Shown: positions 47,666 to 57,900 of the stretch, one piece after another
Numbering within the stretch: position 1 is the first letter of the stretch
Layout: each line of letters opens with the position of its first letter
DNA from: Flavobacteriales bacterium
Lineage (GTDB): Bacteria; Bacteroidota; Bacteroidia; Flavobacteriales_F; PHOS-HE28
NCBI GenBank assembly: GCA_031411095.1
Contig: JANOAK010000012.1
Coordinates: 13,288-77,287, forward strand
Direction of reading: 5' to 3'
Length of the DNA: 64,000 nt
Translations under genes and position numbers: made by a program
The notes under the pieces: model-generated
The model's input: the letters and a program-made list of their open reading frames with translations, nothing else
Databases searched by the model: none
Told to the model about the DNA's origin: nothing

Positions 47666-48657
47666 GCGCGGAGGAAATCCTCCACGTTCCGCACCGCCTC
47701 GGAAGCATCCCGGAAGGAAAGGCCCAGGGCGCGGGCCTTTGAGCCGTCATATAGCCGCGGTCGATAGGCCGTTCGTGCGGTGTGGCGCGTGATGAATGGA
47801 CGGCCGCCGAAGAGCGTCCGCACGCGTTCCATGCGCCAGCCCAGTTCCAGCATCCATGGGCGCAGCGCCCAGGTGGGGGCCTCCTTGCCTGCCGTCCTCG
47901 CGATGATGCTGAAGAGCCGTTCATATCCCAGGTTCTCGCCGATCAACAGGTGACGTTCGCCACAGGCGCCCTTCTCGATCAGCTCCACCATCGCGCTGGC
48001 CACATCGCGGGCATCCACCACGGCGTTGCTACCGGGCGGGAAATAATGCGACCCCTTGCGTACGTGCTCCACCATGGTCATGCTACTGCGGCCCTTTGCG
48101 CCGGGACCCAGCACGATGCACGGGTTCACCAGCACGGCGAACAGGCCTTCCGCGATGCCGCGCTGCACTTCCATCTCGGCCTCGTGCTTGCTCACTGCGT
48201 AAGGCGATGAGTGCTTGTCGCTGACGAATGGCACGGATCCATCGTTGGCAGCGCCATCAGGACGGGAACCGATGGTGGCGGTGCTGCTCACATGGCACAG
48301 CTTCGGCACTCCGGTCTCCAGCATGGCGTTCACCACGTTCGCGGAGCCGTTGATATTGTGGGCGAACATCGCGTTGGCATCGCGCGGATCGAACGATACG
48401 ATGGCCGCACAATGGAACACGCGTTGCACCCCGTCCATGGCATCCGTAAGGCTGGACATGTCGAGCAGGTCGCCCTCGGCCCATTGGATCCGTGCGTAAC
48501 GCGCCTCGCCATCGGCATGGTAGTGCTTCAGGACCTTGCGCACAAGGTCGCGATCACTGCCTGCGCGTACTAACGCGCGCACCGGCCTTCCCTGGGCGAG
48601 CAGTTCGTTCAATACGTGCACGCCGACAATACCCGTTCCGCCGGTCACCAGATCCAT
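47659..48657 (-). CDS. NAD-dependent epimerase/dehydratase family protein
   Basis: LVTGGTGIVG, VFHCAA, CHVSS, YxxxK motif YAVSK, VNPCIVLG, VDARDVA. Confidence 0.92.
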   Translation of the reverse strand: MDLVTGGTGIVGVHVLNELLAQGRPVRALVRAGSDRDLVRKVLKHYHADGEARYARIQWAEGDLLDMSSLTDAMDGVQRVFHCAAIVSFDPRDANAMFAHNINGSANVVNAMLETGVPKLCHVSSTATIGSRPDGAANDGSVPFVSDKHSSPYAVSKHEAEMEVQRGIAEGLFAVLVNPCIVLGPGAKGRSSMTMVEHVRKGSHYFPPGSNAVVDARDVASAMVELIEKGACGERHLLIGENLGYERLFSIIARTAGKEAPTWALRPWMLELGWRMERVRTLFGGRPFITRHTARTAYRPRLYDGSKARALGLSFRDASEAVRNVEDFLRAQ

Positions 48658-48725
48658 TCATCGGTCGCCAGGACAAAGGCCAAGGCCACGCAGCTAAGAT
48701 GAGGTGAAGATCCCTTTCCGGACCG

Positions 48726-49096
48726 TTTTCCCCTCCTGCTGATCGAACCATGGCTTAGCGCGGGGTAGCGATCAGCCGTGGAACTTGATCAGCAGGGAAA
48801 GGAGGGGCCAGGGGTGGTTTCCGCTTTGCATTTTATTGAAGACTTGTCGACCCCCATCGTTGAAAAAAGGAACGTTGAATGTTGAACTGAAGAAGTTGAA
48901 ACCACCCCCAACCCCTCCTTGTGTAGCTGATCGCGTCCGCTTCGCAGAGCCTCGCGACGATCGGCAAGGAGGGGAGAACACTTGGTTGTGAACTAGTTGT
49001 TTTCCCATCCTGCTGATCAAGCTACCGGTGAGCGCAGGAGTGATCGCCCGTGGAACGTTATCAGCAAGGCCTGGAGGGGTGGGGGTGGTTTCCGCT
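48726..49096. repeat. Cluster of three REP-like hairpin elements (direct, inverted, direct)
   Basis: Copies lie at ~48726-48825 (+), ~48899-48978 (-) and ~49000-49096 (+). The core is tt(t/c)ccc(c/a)tcct..gc.gatc...atcagc...ggagggg..ggggtggttt. Confidence 0.75.
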
Positions 49097-49142
49097 CAAC
49101 GCTGCCCGCACTCCCGATATCTTCGCCGCCGTCAAGACCCCC

Positions 49143-50423
49143 ATGAGCACCGTTCGGAACCACGTTGAAGAGCTGCGCTGGCGCGGTTTGCTGCACGACA
49201 GTATGCCCGGCACCGAGGAACACCTGATGAAGGGCCCGGCCAGCGGCTACATCGGCTTCGATCCCACAGCGGACAGCCTGCACGTGGGCAACATGGTGCA
49301 GATCATGATGCTCACGCACTTCCAGCAGAGCGGGCACAAGCCCATCGCACTCGTGGGGGGCGCTACAGGCATGGTGGGCGATCCCAGTGGAAAGAGCAGC
49401 GAACGCAACCTGCTCGACGAGGAGGCCCTTCGTCACAACCAGGACTGCGTGGGCAAGCAGCTCGCACGCTTCATCGACTTCGACTCGAGCACGCGGCCAG
49501 CGGAGATGGTGAACAACTACGACTGGTTCAAGGACATGGGCTTCCTGCGCTTCATCCGCGAGGTGGGCAAGCATATTCCGGTGAGCTACATGCTGGCCAA
49601 GGACAGTGTGAAGAACCGTATGGAGACCGGCATCTCCTTCACGGAGTTCACCTACCAGCTGGTGCAGGGCTACGACTATTACTGGTTGTACAAGAACAAA
49701 GGCTGCAAGCTGCAGATGGGTGGCAGCGACCAGTGGGGCAACATCACCACCGGTACGGAATTGATCCGTCGCATGGATGGTGGCGAGGCCTACGCGCTCA
49801 CCACACCCTTGCTCACCAAGGCCGATGGAACCAAGTTCGGCAAGAGCGAGGGCGGCAACATCTGGTTGGATGCGAAGCGTACATCACCCTACAAGTTCTA
49901 TCAGTTCTGGGTGAACGCGAGCGATGCCGATGTGGAGCGCTACACGCACATCTTCACCACGTGGGAAAAGGACGAGATCGATGCCCGCATTGCTGAGCAT
50001 CGCGCAAAGCCCGGCACATTGCAGAAGTTGTTCGCAGCTGACATCACGCGCCGAACACACGGCGACGCTGAACTGGCCAACGCGATCGAGGCGAGCAATG
50101 TGCTCTTTGGCAATGCAACGACCGAAGCGCTCGCGCGCTTGAGTGCCGATCAGTTGCTCGACATCTTCGACGGTGTACCGCAGGCCGAAGTATCGCGCGA
50201 TGCCATCACCGGCAACGTGCCCATCATCGACCTGCTCAGCGACCGGTCGGGCTTCCTGCCCAGCAAGGGCGAGGCGAAGCGCGCGCTGAAGGAAGGCAGC
50301 ATCAGCGTGAACAAGAGCAAGTGCGCCGAGGATCGGGTAGTGGGTACGGACGACCTGCTCAGTGGCAAGTTCATCCTGCTACAGCGAGGGAAGAAGAACT
50401 ACTTCCTGGTGAAGGTGATCTAG
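49143..50423 (+). CDS. tyrS: Tyrosine--tRNA ligase
   Basis: [30 protein letters not shown]4-like C-terminus. Start ATG 49143 follows TATCTTCG at 49118. Confidence 0.98.
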   Translation: MSTVRNHVEELRWRGLLHDSMPGTEEHLMKGPASGYIGFDPTADSLHVGNMVQIMMLTHFQQSGHKPIALVGGATGMVGDPSGKSSERNLLDEEALRHNQDCVGKQLARFIDFDSSTRPAEMVNNYDWFKDMGFLRFIREVGKHIPVSYMLAKDSVKNRMETGISFTEFTYQLVQGYDYYWLYKNKGCKLQMGGSDQWGNITTGTELIRRMDGGEAYALTTPLLTKADGTKFGKSEGGNIWLDAKRTSPYKFYQFWVNASDADVERYTHIFTTWEKDEIDARIAEHRAKPGTLQKLFAADITRRTHGDAELANAIEASNVLFGNATTEALARLSADQLLDIFDGVPQAEVSRDAITGNVPIIDLLSDRSGFLPSKGEAKRALKEGSISVNKSKCAEDRVVGTDDLLSGKFILLQRGKKNYFLVKVI

Positions 50424-50534
50424 CCGCTTTCGCGAGGTGTTGTGCATTCAACAACGCCGAAGCGATCATTGATCATCCGCACCTCAGCAATGATCGCTTC
50501 GCGGCCAAAAGCGCCGCTCGCGAACACGGTTCGG

Positions 50535-51539
50535 CTACTCCACCATCAGATTACACCCTCTTACATCGCTGTTATCGAAGCGTCCGAGCACTTCGAACGA
50601 ACCATCGGCGTGCATGCGGCCCAGGTCCTGTGTGCTGATGAACGGGCAGCTGGCGACATTGCAGAGGTCGATCACATCGATGCCGCCGGTGCGCCCTTGT
50701 TGAACAGGTGAGAGCGGATCGTTCACATCGCGCAGCGAGACACGCATCCACGGCGGACAACGATAAAGCCCATCGCCTTGGGACCACGCTTGGGAGAGCA
50801 GTTCCGTCATGCCATACTCGCTATGAACGGCGCTGATGGAAAAGGCCTTCTTCAGGATGGCATGCAGTTCATCACGCACCAGCTCCGGCCGTCGTCCCTT
50901 CATGCCACCGGTCTCCATCACCACAGTGTGCTTCAGCCCCATCGGATGTTGTTCCGCGAGGTCCAACAGCGCGAACGTCACCCCGAGCAACAACGTGGGC
51001 TTTCCTTCCGCCTCGCTGTGGCCCAGCACCTCCGCCAGCTTGTCGTACTGATACAGGTAGGTGCCGCTGAGCGGATCGCCGCTGGCCGCGATCAGCTTTT
51101 CGGCCATGTACACCAACGAGCTTCCCTGGCGTTCGAGGTACGCGGGAAGCAAGGCCAGCACGCGCCATTTCGATAGCGGTCCGTATTCCGCGGTGAAGGA
51201 GGCGAGAAATGAGTGCTCATACAGCTCCGTCCAGGGGACGTGGTGGCTGCTCGTAACCGCACCCGTTGTGCCACTGCTGGTAAAGGTCACGTTGGGCTCC
51301 AGTCCTTCTAACAGAACGCGCTTGTCCCGAAAGAAGCCGATGGGCAGGAAGGGGATCTGGTCCACCTGGTGCACCTGGCCGGGGTCGCGCCCCAGGGCAT
51401 TCAGGAATCCACGGTACACCGGGTTCTGGCCGGCGTGCAGGTGGAATAAGTCCAACGCCAGTGCGTTGAAGTCCTCGGCGGTCCGTAGGGAGAACGGTCG
51501 CTCCCTCCATGACAGGTCGAGGGAGTTGCCATGGGCCAT
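50535..51539 (-). CDS. LuxE/acyl-protein synthetase-like acyl transferase
   Basis: FTSSGTTG P-loop, METGGMKG, HSEYGMTELLSQAW, FISTQDLG, VLGRFD..RGCNL. Start moved to 51539, downstream of TACTTTTG at 51584-51591. Confidence 0.85.
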   Translation of the reverse strand: MAHGNSLDLSWRERPFSLRTAEDFNALALDLFHLHAGQNPVYRGFLNALGRDPGQVHQVDQIPFLPIGFFRDKRVLLEGLEPNVTFTSSGTTGAVTSSHHVPWTELYEHSFLASFTAEYGPLSKWRVLALLPAYLERQGSSLVYMAEKLIAASGDPLSGTYLYQYDKLAEVLGHSEAEGKPTLLLGVTFALLDLAEQHPMGLKHTVVMETGGMKGRRPELVRDELHAILKKAFSISAVHSEYGMTELLSQAWSQGDGLYRCPPWMRVSLRDVNDPLSPVQQGRTGGIDVIDLCNVASCPFISTQDLGRMHADGSFEVLGRFDNSDVRGCNLMVE

Positions 51540-51561
51540 GGGGGCTGTACCTTTGGAAGCG

Positions 51562-52059
51562 ATGGGGAAGCGTTGGATGGCATCAAAAGTAGCGGCTCTG
51601 GCGGCCGTGACGCTCGTATTGGGCGCCTGCCTGAAACGGGAGAAATATCCCGTTGAGCCGGTGATCTCCATGAAGTCGATCGAGATGACCGGTGACAGCA
51701 CGTTGATCACGATCGCATTCACGGATGGCGATGGCGATATCGGCCTGGCCGAGAGCGACACGTTCCCCCCGTTCGACACGTCGTCGCTGTACTATTTCAA
51801 CCTGTACTTCGATCCCCAGCGGTTGGAGAACGGTACGTGGACGAACGTGGACCTGCCCTATTACTACCGCGTTGCGCCGATCACTCCCACGGGGCAGGAC
51901 AAGTCGCTCAATGGTGAGATCGCCTGGGCGTTGCGCACGCAGTTCTTTCCGTTACCGCCACTGGCACAAGGTGATACCGTGCGCTTCAACATCAGGCTGG
52001 TGGACCGGGCGTTGCACGTGAGCAACACGGTCACCACGGAAGCCTTCCGCATCCCGTAA
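51562..52059 (+). CDS. Hypothetical lipoprotein (start 51562 or 51577)
   Basis: Lipobox VLGAC, FTDGDGDIG, and VDRALHVSNTVTT. TACCTTTG promoter at 51548-51555. Confidence 0.8.
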   Translation: MGKRWMASKVAALAAVTLVLGACLKREKYPVEPVISMKSIEMTGDSTLITIAFTDGDGDIGLAESDTFPPFDTSSLYYFNLYFDPQRLENGTWTNVDLPYYYRVAPITPTGQDKSLNGEIAWALRTQFFPLPPLAQGDTVRFNIRLVDRALHVSNTVTTEAFRIP

Positions 52060-52138
52060 TTACCGGACGATTCGACCGGGTGTCATGCGTGCATGTGCCC
52101 CATGTTCGCATGGTCACATGCCCACATGTTCGCAAGCC

Positions 52139-53827
52139 TCAAACCATCCCCACCAACGCTTCGCTCACGTTGATCAGGTGGTCGCCGAGCTTTTCGCAAC
52201 TGTTGAAGAGGTCGTTGTAGATCATCCCGCTCTTCATGTTGTGGTCGCCGCTCTCCACGCTGCGCAGGTGCGAACGGCGCAGTTCATCGCGGAACTGGTT
52301 GATGCGCTGTTCGGCATCCATGGCCTCGTCCAGGCGCACTCCGTCGGGCTCGGCCTCGAGGTTGCGGATCATCACGGCGAAGGCCTTTTCCAGCAAGCGC
52401 ATCATGTCGAGCAGATGAACGCGCTGTTCGGGTGAGAACCACAGCCGCTCGTCGCTCTTGCGCTCGAGGCTCTTGCTCATCTGGAAGAGGATGTCGCCCA
52501 CGCGCTCCAGGTCCCCGATGATGCTGATCTGCGCCCGGATGCGTTCGCTCAGGCGCTCATCACCGGCCTCGGCAGCGGTCTTGGTGAGGAAGCGGCTCAC
52601 CTCCACCTCGATGCGGTCCGTGATGTCCTCATACTTGGCGATACGCTGGAGCAAGTTGGCGCGCTCGGCATCGTCCTTCTCGATCAACAGGTCGCGCACC
52701 AGGCCGAGCATACGCTCACACAGCCTCCCGAACTTGATCACTTCCTTGTTCGCCTCCAGCAGGCTGAGCTCAGGGCTCAGGTGCATCATGGGGTCCTCGA
52801 TGTACTCGAGGTGGTACTCCTCCTCGGGGGCGCCGCGCACGGGCACCATCCGGGTGACCACCTTCTCGATGAATCCCGTGAAGCGCACCAGGAGAAGGGT
52901 GTTCACGATGTTGAACGCGATATGCAGGTAGGTGAGCGACCAGCGCAGCGCGTCCGTGTCGGTGAAGGGGGAGACATGATTCACCCGTTCGGTGAAGAGC
53001 GCCACGGCGGCCAGAGCGGGTTTGAAGAGGAGCAGTATCCAGATCGCGCCAAAGAGCTTGATGATGAAATGTGCACGGGCCGCCCGCTTGGCCCACGCAT
53101 TGCCCACCAGTGCTGCGATGTTGGCCGTGAGCGTGGTGCCGATGTTCTCACCCACCACCAGGGCGGCGGCCATTTCGTAGTTGATGATGCCCTTCTCGCA
53201 CATGAGCACGGTGAGCACGAGGGCCACGCTGCTGCTCTGGGTAAGGATCGCCAAGGCGGCACCAAAGACCACGAACAACAGGTCGGAGCCGATGCCGAAC
53301 CGCGCAAGGCCCTGCAGGAAGCTCAACGCCTGGGCCGATGGCGTGGGCACATATTCCTTCAGCAGGTCGAGGCCAAGGAAGAGGAGGGCCGCACCCATCA
53401 ACAGTTCACTCACCGCTTTCCACTTTCCTCCGCGCATGAACAGCAGGGGCAGTGCCAGGCCCATGATGGGCACGGCCACCAGCGAAAGTTTCACCGACGA
53501 GAAGCCGATCCAAGCGAAGAGCAGGAGCTTCACCGTGGTGCCGATGTTGGCGCCGAACAGTACGGGGATCGCTTGGCGTAACGACAAAAGGCCGGCGTTC
53601 ACGAAGCTCACCACCATCACCGATGTAACGGATGAATACTGGACGATGACGGTGGTGATGAATCCGGTGAAGATCCCACGGGAACGGTCCTTGGTCATGG
53701 TTCCCAGCACCCGCCGCATGCGGGATCCGGCCACCTTCTGCAGGCCTTCGCTCATCACCTTCATCCCGTAGATGAACAGCCCGAGCGAACCGGCGAGGAG
53801 AAGAAGTTGGAGCAGGCCGAAATGCAT
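52139..53827 (-). CDS. Na/Pi cotransporter family protein with PhoU-like C-terminus
   Basis: QYSSVTS/GANIGTT and QSSSVA/GENIGTT repeats. Soluble tail with LERVGD and EKLGDH. Confidence 0.92.
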   Translation of the reverse strand: MHFGLLQLLLLAGSLGLFIYGMKVMSEGLQKVAGSRMRRVLGTMTKDRSRGIFTGFITTVIVQYSSVTSVMVVSFVNAGLLSLRQAIPVLFGANIGTTVKLLLFAWIGFSSVKLSLVAVPIMGLALPLLFMRGGKWKAVSELLMGAALLFLGLDLLKEYVPTPSAQALSFLQGLARFGIGSDLLFVVFGAALAILTQSSSVALVLTVLMCEKGIINYEMAAALVVGENIGTTLTANIAALVGNAWAKRAARAHFIIKLFGAIWILLLFKPALAAVALFTERVNHVSPFTDTDALRWSLTYLHIAFNIVNTLLLVRFTGFIEKVVTRMVPVRGAPEEEYHLEYIEDPMMHLSPELSLLEANKEVIKFGRLCERMLGLVRDLLIEKDDAERANLLQRIAKYEDITDRIEVEVSRFLTKTAAEAGDERLSERIRAQISIIGDLERVGDILFQMSKSLERKSDERLWFSPEQRVHLLDMMRLLEKAFAVMIRNLEAEPDGVRLDEAMDAEQRINQFRDELRRSHLRSVESGDHNMKSGMIYNDLFNSCEKLGDHLINVSEALVGMV

Positions 53828-53937
53828 GGTTCCCGAAAGGAGCGCGAAACTACCGGGGCGATGTTAGGTGGAGGTTAAGCCGCTTTCCCTTGACAGGAGC
53901 GGCATGCAGGCCGGCGAAGGGCTACTTTCGCCCGCTG

Positions 53938-54972
53938 ATGGACCTGCGCTCCCCTGGCCGTCTGGCCCTGTTGTTAGCGGTGTGCACCGCCACCTGCATC
54001 GTGGCCGTGCTGTTCGTCATGGCGCAGTTGCAGCGCTCAACGTTCGACCTGGACAAGGCGATCCTGGTCGGTGGTCCTACAGGCTTCCTGGTCTTTCTGC
54101 TGTCGCACTACCTCATCCGTCGATTCGTACAGGCCCGTGTGGACCTTATCCATCGTACCATCCATGACACGCAGAAGGGCGGACCGCTATCGGCCGTGAA
54201 AGGCGAGGACCCCTTGGGGGCCGTGGGAGAGGAGGTGGGCGCCTGGGCGGCGGAAAAGCGCACGGAGATCACCGAACTGAAGGAGCGGGAGCGTTACCGT
54301 CGGGAGTTCATCGGCAACCTGGCCCATGAGATGCGCACGCCGATCTTCAGCATCCAAGGCTACATCCTCACCCTGCTCGAAGGTGGATTGGAGGATCCGA
54401 AGGTGAACCGCGATTTCCTGGGACGCGCCAGCAACGGTGTGGATCGCCTGATCCGCATCGTGGAGGACCTGGACGTTATCTCGCAATTGGAGAGCGGGGT
54501 GATGACGATGGATATTACGCGCATGGACCTCAACGGATCGGTGCGGGAGGCGATCGAGGCGTTGGAGATGAAGGCGGCGGAGAAGCGGATCGCCTTGAAG
54601 AACGAACTGGATATGGAGGTGATGGTGAGTGCCGACCACGACCGCTTGTTGCAGCTGTTCAGCAACCTGTTCAACAACGCCATCAACTATGGGCACGAAG
54701 GGGGGCATTGCACCGTGCGCTCATTCGACCTTGGGGATCGCGTGCTGGTGGAGGTGGCGGACGATGGCATCGGCATCGCTGATGAACACCTGTCGCGCCT
54801 TTTCGAGCGTTTCTATCGCGTGGGCAAGAGCCGCTCGCGCAACGAAGGGGGCAGCGGCTTGGGCCTTGCCATCGTGAAGCACATCGTGGAGGCGCACCAC
54901 GGCACCATCGGCGCGAAGAGCGCGGAAGGACAGGGCACCACCTTCAGCTTCACCCTGCCAAAGGCCAGGTAG
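53938..54972 (+). CDS. PhoR-like sensor histidine kinase
   Basis: Two N-terminal TM helices, H-box LAHEMRTP, N-box NLFNNAINY, DDGIGI, LFERFYRV, GSGLGLAIVKH. Start at 53938 follows TACTTTCG at 53923. Confidence 0.92.
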   Translation: MDLRSPGRLALLLAVCTATCIVAVLFVMAQLQRSTFDLDKAILVGGPTGFLVFLLSHYLIRRFVQARVDLIHRTIHDTQKGGPLSAVKGEDPLGAVGEEVGAWAAEKRTEITELKERERYRREFIGNLAHEMRTPIFSIQGYILTLLEGGLEDPKVNRDFLGRASNGVDRLIRIVEDLDVISQLESGVMTMDITRMDLNGSVREAIEALEMKAAEKRIALKNELDMEVMVSADHDRLLQLFSNLFNNAINYGHEGGHCTVRSFDLGDRVLVEVADDGIGIADEHLSRLFERFYRVGKSRSRNEGGSGLGLAIVKHIVEAHHGTIGAKSAEGQGTTFSFTLPKAR

Positions 54973-54990
54973 TTCGTTCCCGGCGAAGCG

Positions 54991-57900
54991 CTATTTCCGC
55001 GCGGCCGGACCGGCGTTCGTGCCCGAGCCAAAGGCTTGGAGCGGTCCGTTGTTGTTGGCCACCACGATCAACGGTCGCTTGTTGGCTCCGACGTGGAGCA
55101 GCGCGAGGTCCTTCGCATTTCCCCAGGCGAAGAAACCGCTGCGCATCACCGGTAGCGCTATGAAGCCGCCTTTTCCATCGCCTTTCAGCACGAGTCCTGT
55201 GCCTGCGTCGTAGCGCGCGGTCTCCACCTCCGCCCCCCAGTTGTTCCCGGCGCAGACCAGGTCCACATGTCCATCGCCATCGGCATCCATGGGGATGATG
55301 GCGTTGATGGGCGCCACCTGCGCCTGGTTCGGGAGAGCCTGCGCCCTGAACTTGCCATTGCCATCGTTGAGGAACACGGTGGAGCGCATCATGCTTGCGG
55401 TGAGATGCACCGCTGACTCCAGCTTTTCCTTGGTGTAGATGCCCGCGAGGTCGGAGTTGGCATAAGCGTCGTAGGTGGGGAACTTCTGCAGGATCATGGG
55501 GCATTGTTGCGAGGAGCATTCGCGGCCGCGTACGGGCAATTGCTTCCCGTTCTTCTCCTTTGCCAACACGATGTCATGTCGCCCATTGTCATCGAAGTCC
55601 GCCCAATAGATGTGTACGGGATGTTCCACGGTGCCGTGGAACTTGCTGTTCCAACCGATGTTACCACCGATGATGTCCGGATGCCCGTCCTCGTTCACAT
55701 CCGCAGTGGCGATGCTGTACCACCAACCATGCGTGTTGTTTAGTCCGGCCTCCTTGCTGTTGTCCGTGAAGTGCCCGCGTTCATTGCGCAGGTATATCAC
55801 GCTCATCCATTCGCCACAGAGCAACAGGTCCGGGTCCTTGTCGCCGTCCATGTCGGTGAAGGTCATGCCCGTCACCATGCCCGGTTGGCGGGCCGCGGGA
55901 GCCAGTTGGTCGGTGGCGTCCCTGAAGTGGCCTTTGCCATCGTTGACGAGCAGGAAGCTGATGGGTGATGAAGGGTAGTGCGCGGGGGTTGTGCGGCCAC
56001 CGACGAACAGGTCCATGTCCCCATCACCATCGATGTCCGCGGCCGCTGCGCGTTGGGCACTTGCCATGAGCGGGGGGATCCGGTCGGTACCTTCCACGAA
56101 GTTGCCCTTGCCGCCATTGATGTAGAGTCGCTGCGTGTAGACAGGGTCGCGCAGGTCGAACTCATTTCCTCCGGCCAGCATCAGCAGGTCCTGATCACCG
56201 TCCTTGTCCGCATCGAAGAACACACCGCCCATGGTCTCCTGTTCGGCATATGCCGCCCATGGCTGTGATGGTGCCGCCAGGAATGTGCCATCGGCCCTTT
56301 GCAGCCACAGCACACTGGTCTGTCCGTGTGCGCCGCCCACGAAAAGGTCCTCGCGACCATCGCCGTTCGCATCACCGGTGGTGAGCATCGGCCCCAGCTC
56401 GCTCTGTTTGTGGGGTAGCAGGGGCTCCAGCTCGAAATCGTTGTACGGATCCTCTTGGTGTATCCAACCGAGGCCCGAGGTGATCGTGGCATCCGACAAC
56501 ATCGCAGGCGCGGGAGGGGGTTCAACGAATGCCACGCCATCCTCCTGTTGTACGGTGAGCAGTTGATCGGCCTTCACGTTGGTCAGCAGTGTTCGTTCGC
56601 CCATGGGCCATCGCACTTCCAGCGTGTCGATCACAGCGGCCTTGTCCAGGCCAAAATGCAGCACAGGTTCCACGCAACTTTCATATCCGCGTGAGGGATA
56701 CAGCTCCTGGTATTGAACGGTGCCCCCTGTATGCGCATACACCTTGGCACCGAACGCCGCGCTTTTCCCGTTCATCGGTCTCACGCGCAGCCAGTGCCGG
56801 TCGGTGAAGGCCTCGGTCGCATGATTGGTGTAAATCGTTGCTGCGTCATTGATGTTGTTGATCACGAGGTCCAGGTCACCATCGTTGTCCAGGTCGGCAT
56901 ACGCTGCACCGTTGCTGTTGATCGGCTGGGTGAAACCCCAGGCCTGAGAGCTGTCGGCGAAGGTGAGGTCGCCGTTGTTGCGGTAGAGGTAGTTGCGGAT
57001 GCGCGTGCTGGGCACAAGGGGAAGCGCCCCGATGTAGCCGGCACCGCTGCTGATGGTGTCATACACGTTGCGTGCGAAATCGTTGTTCCGCACATCATGC
57101 AGGTAGCCATTGGTGATCAACAGGTCCTTCCAGCCGTCGTTGTCGAGGTCGCAGAACAGCGGCGCCCAGCTCCAATCCGTGCGCGCGATGCCGGCCAGCT
57201 GCCCCACCTCGCTCCACGTGCCGTTGCCGTTGTTGAGCTGCAGTGTGTTCAACATGTACTGGAAGAAGTAGCCACCGGCCACGAGCTTCCAGAACTTCTC
57301 CGGGTTCATGCTGGCCATGTTGGTCTTGTTCCGCAGGTGATCGTCGGCGGTCATGTCCAGCGTGATGATGTCCGGCAGGGCGTCGTTGTTATAATCGGCC
57401 ACATCGCAGCCCATGCCGAAGTTGCTGATGTGCCGTGTACGGAACTGGATCTGCTCGGCGAAGGTCCCGTTGCGTCGGTTGAGATACATCAGGTCGGGAG
57501 CATCGAAATCGTTCGCGGTGTACACGTCCGGCCAGCCATCCTGGTCGAGGTCGCTGATGCCCTGGCCCAGGGTGTAGTCGTAGTTCTGCAGGCCTGCATC
57601 GTAGGTGGCATCCACGAAGTGCCCGCCATCGTTGCGGAAATAGCGGTCCGTGGGCGCGCGATGCTCCTGCACGGCCCGGAGGGCGGTGAAGTTCGACAGG
57701 CCCTTCATGCGGCCCAGGGGATGGTTGATCACGTGGAGGTCGAGGTCGCCATCGCGGTCGGTGTCGAGGAAGGCGGCCTGCGTACTGTGCGAGGTGTCGG
57801 CCACGCCCAAGGCCTGGGCGCGCTCGGTGAAGGTGCCGTTGCCATTGTTCATGTACAGCAGGTTGCGCGTAAGTGCGGTGTCGTTCGTGTTCCCGCTGCG

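Noticed and set aside
48785-49020. Short ORFs 48785-48991 (+) and 48772-49020 (-)
   Set aside because: They are translations through the repeat cluster with no protein-like features.
48660-49142. T-box riboswitch upstream of tyrS
   Set aside because: I found no T-box consensus or antiterminator, and the promoter element sits only 17 nt before the start.
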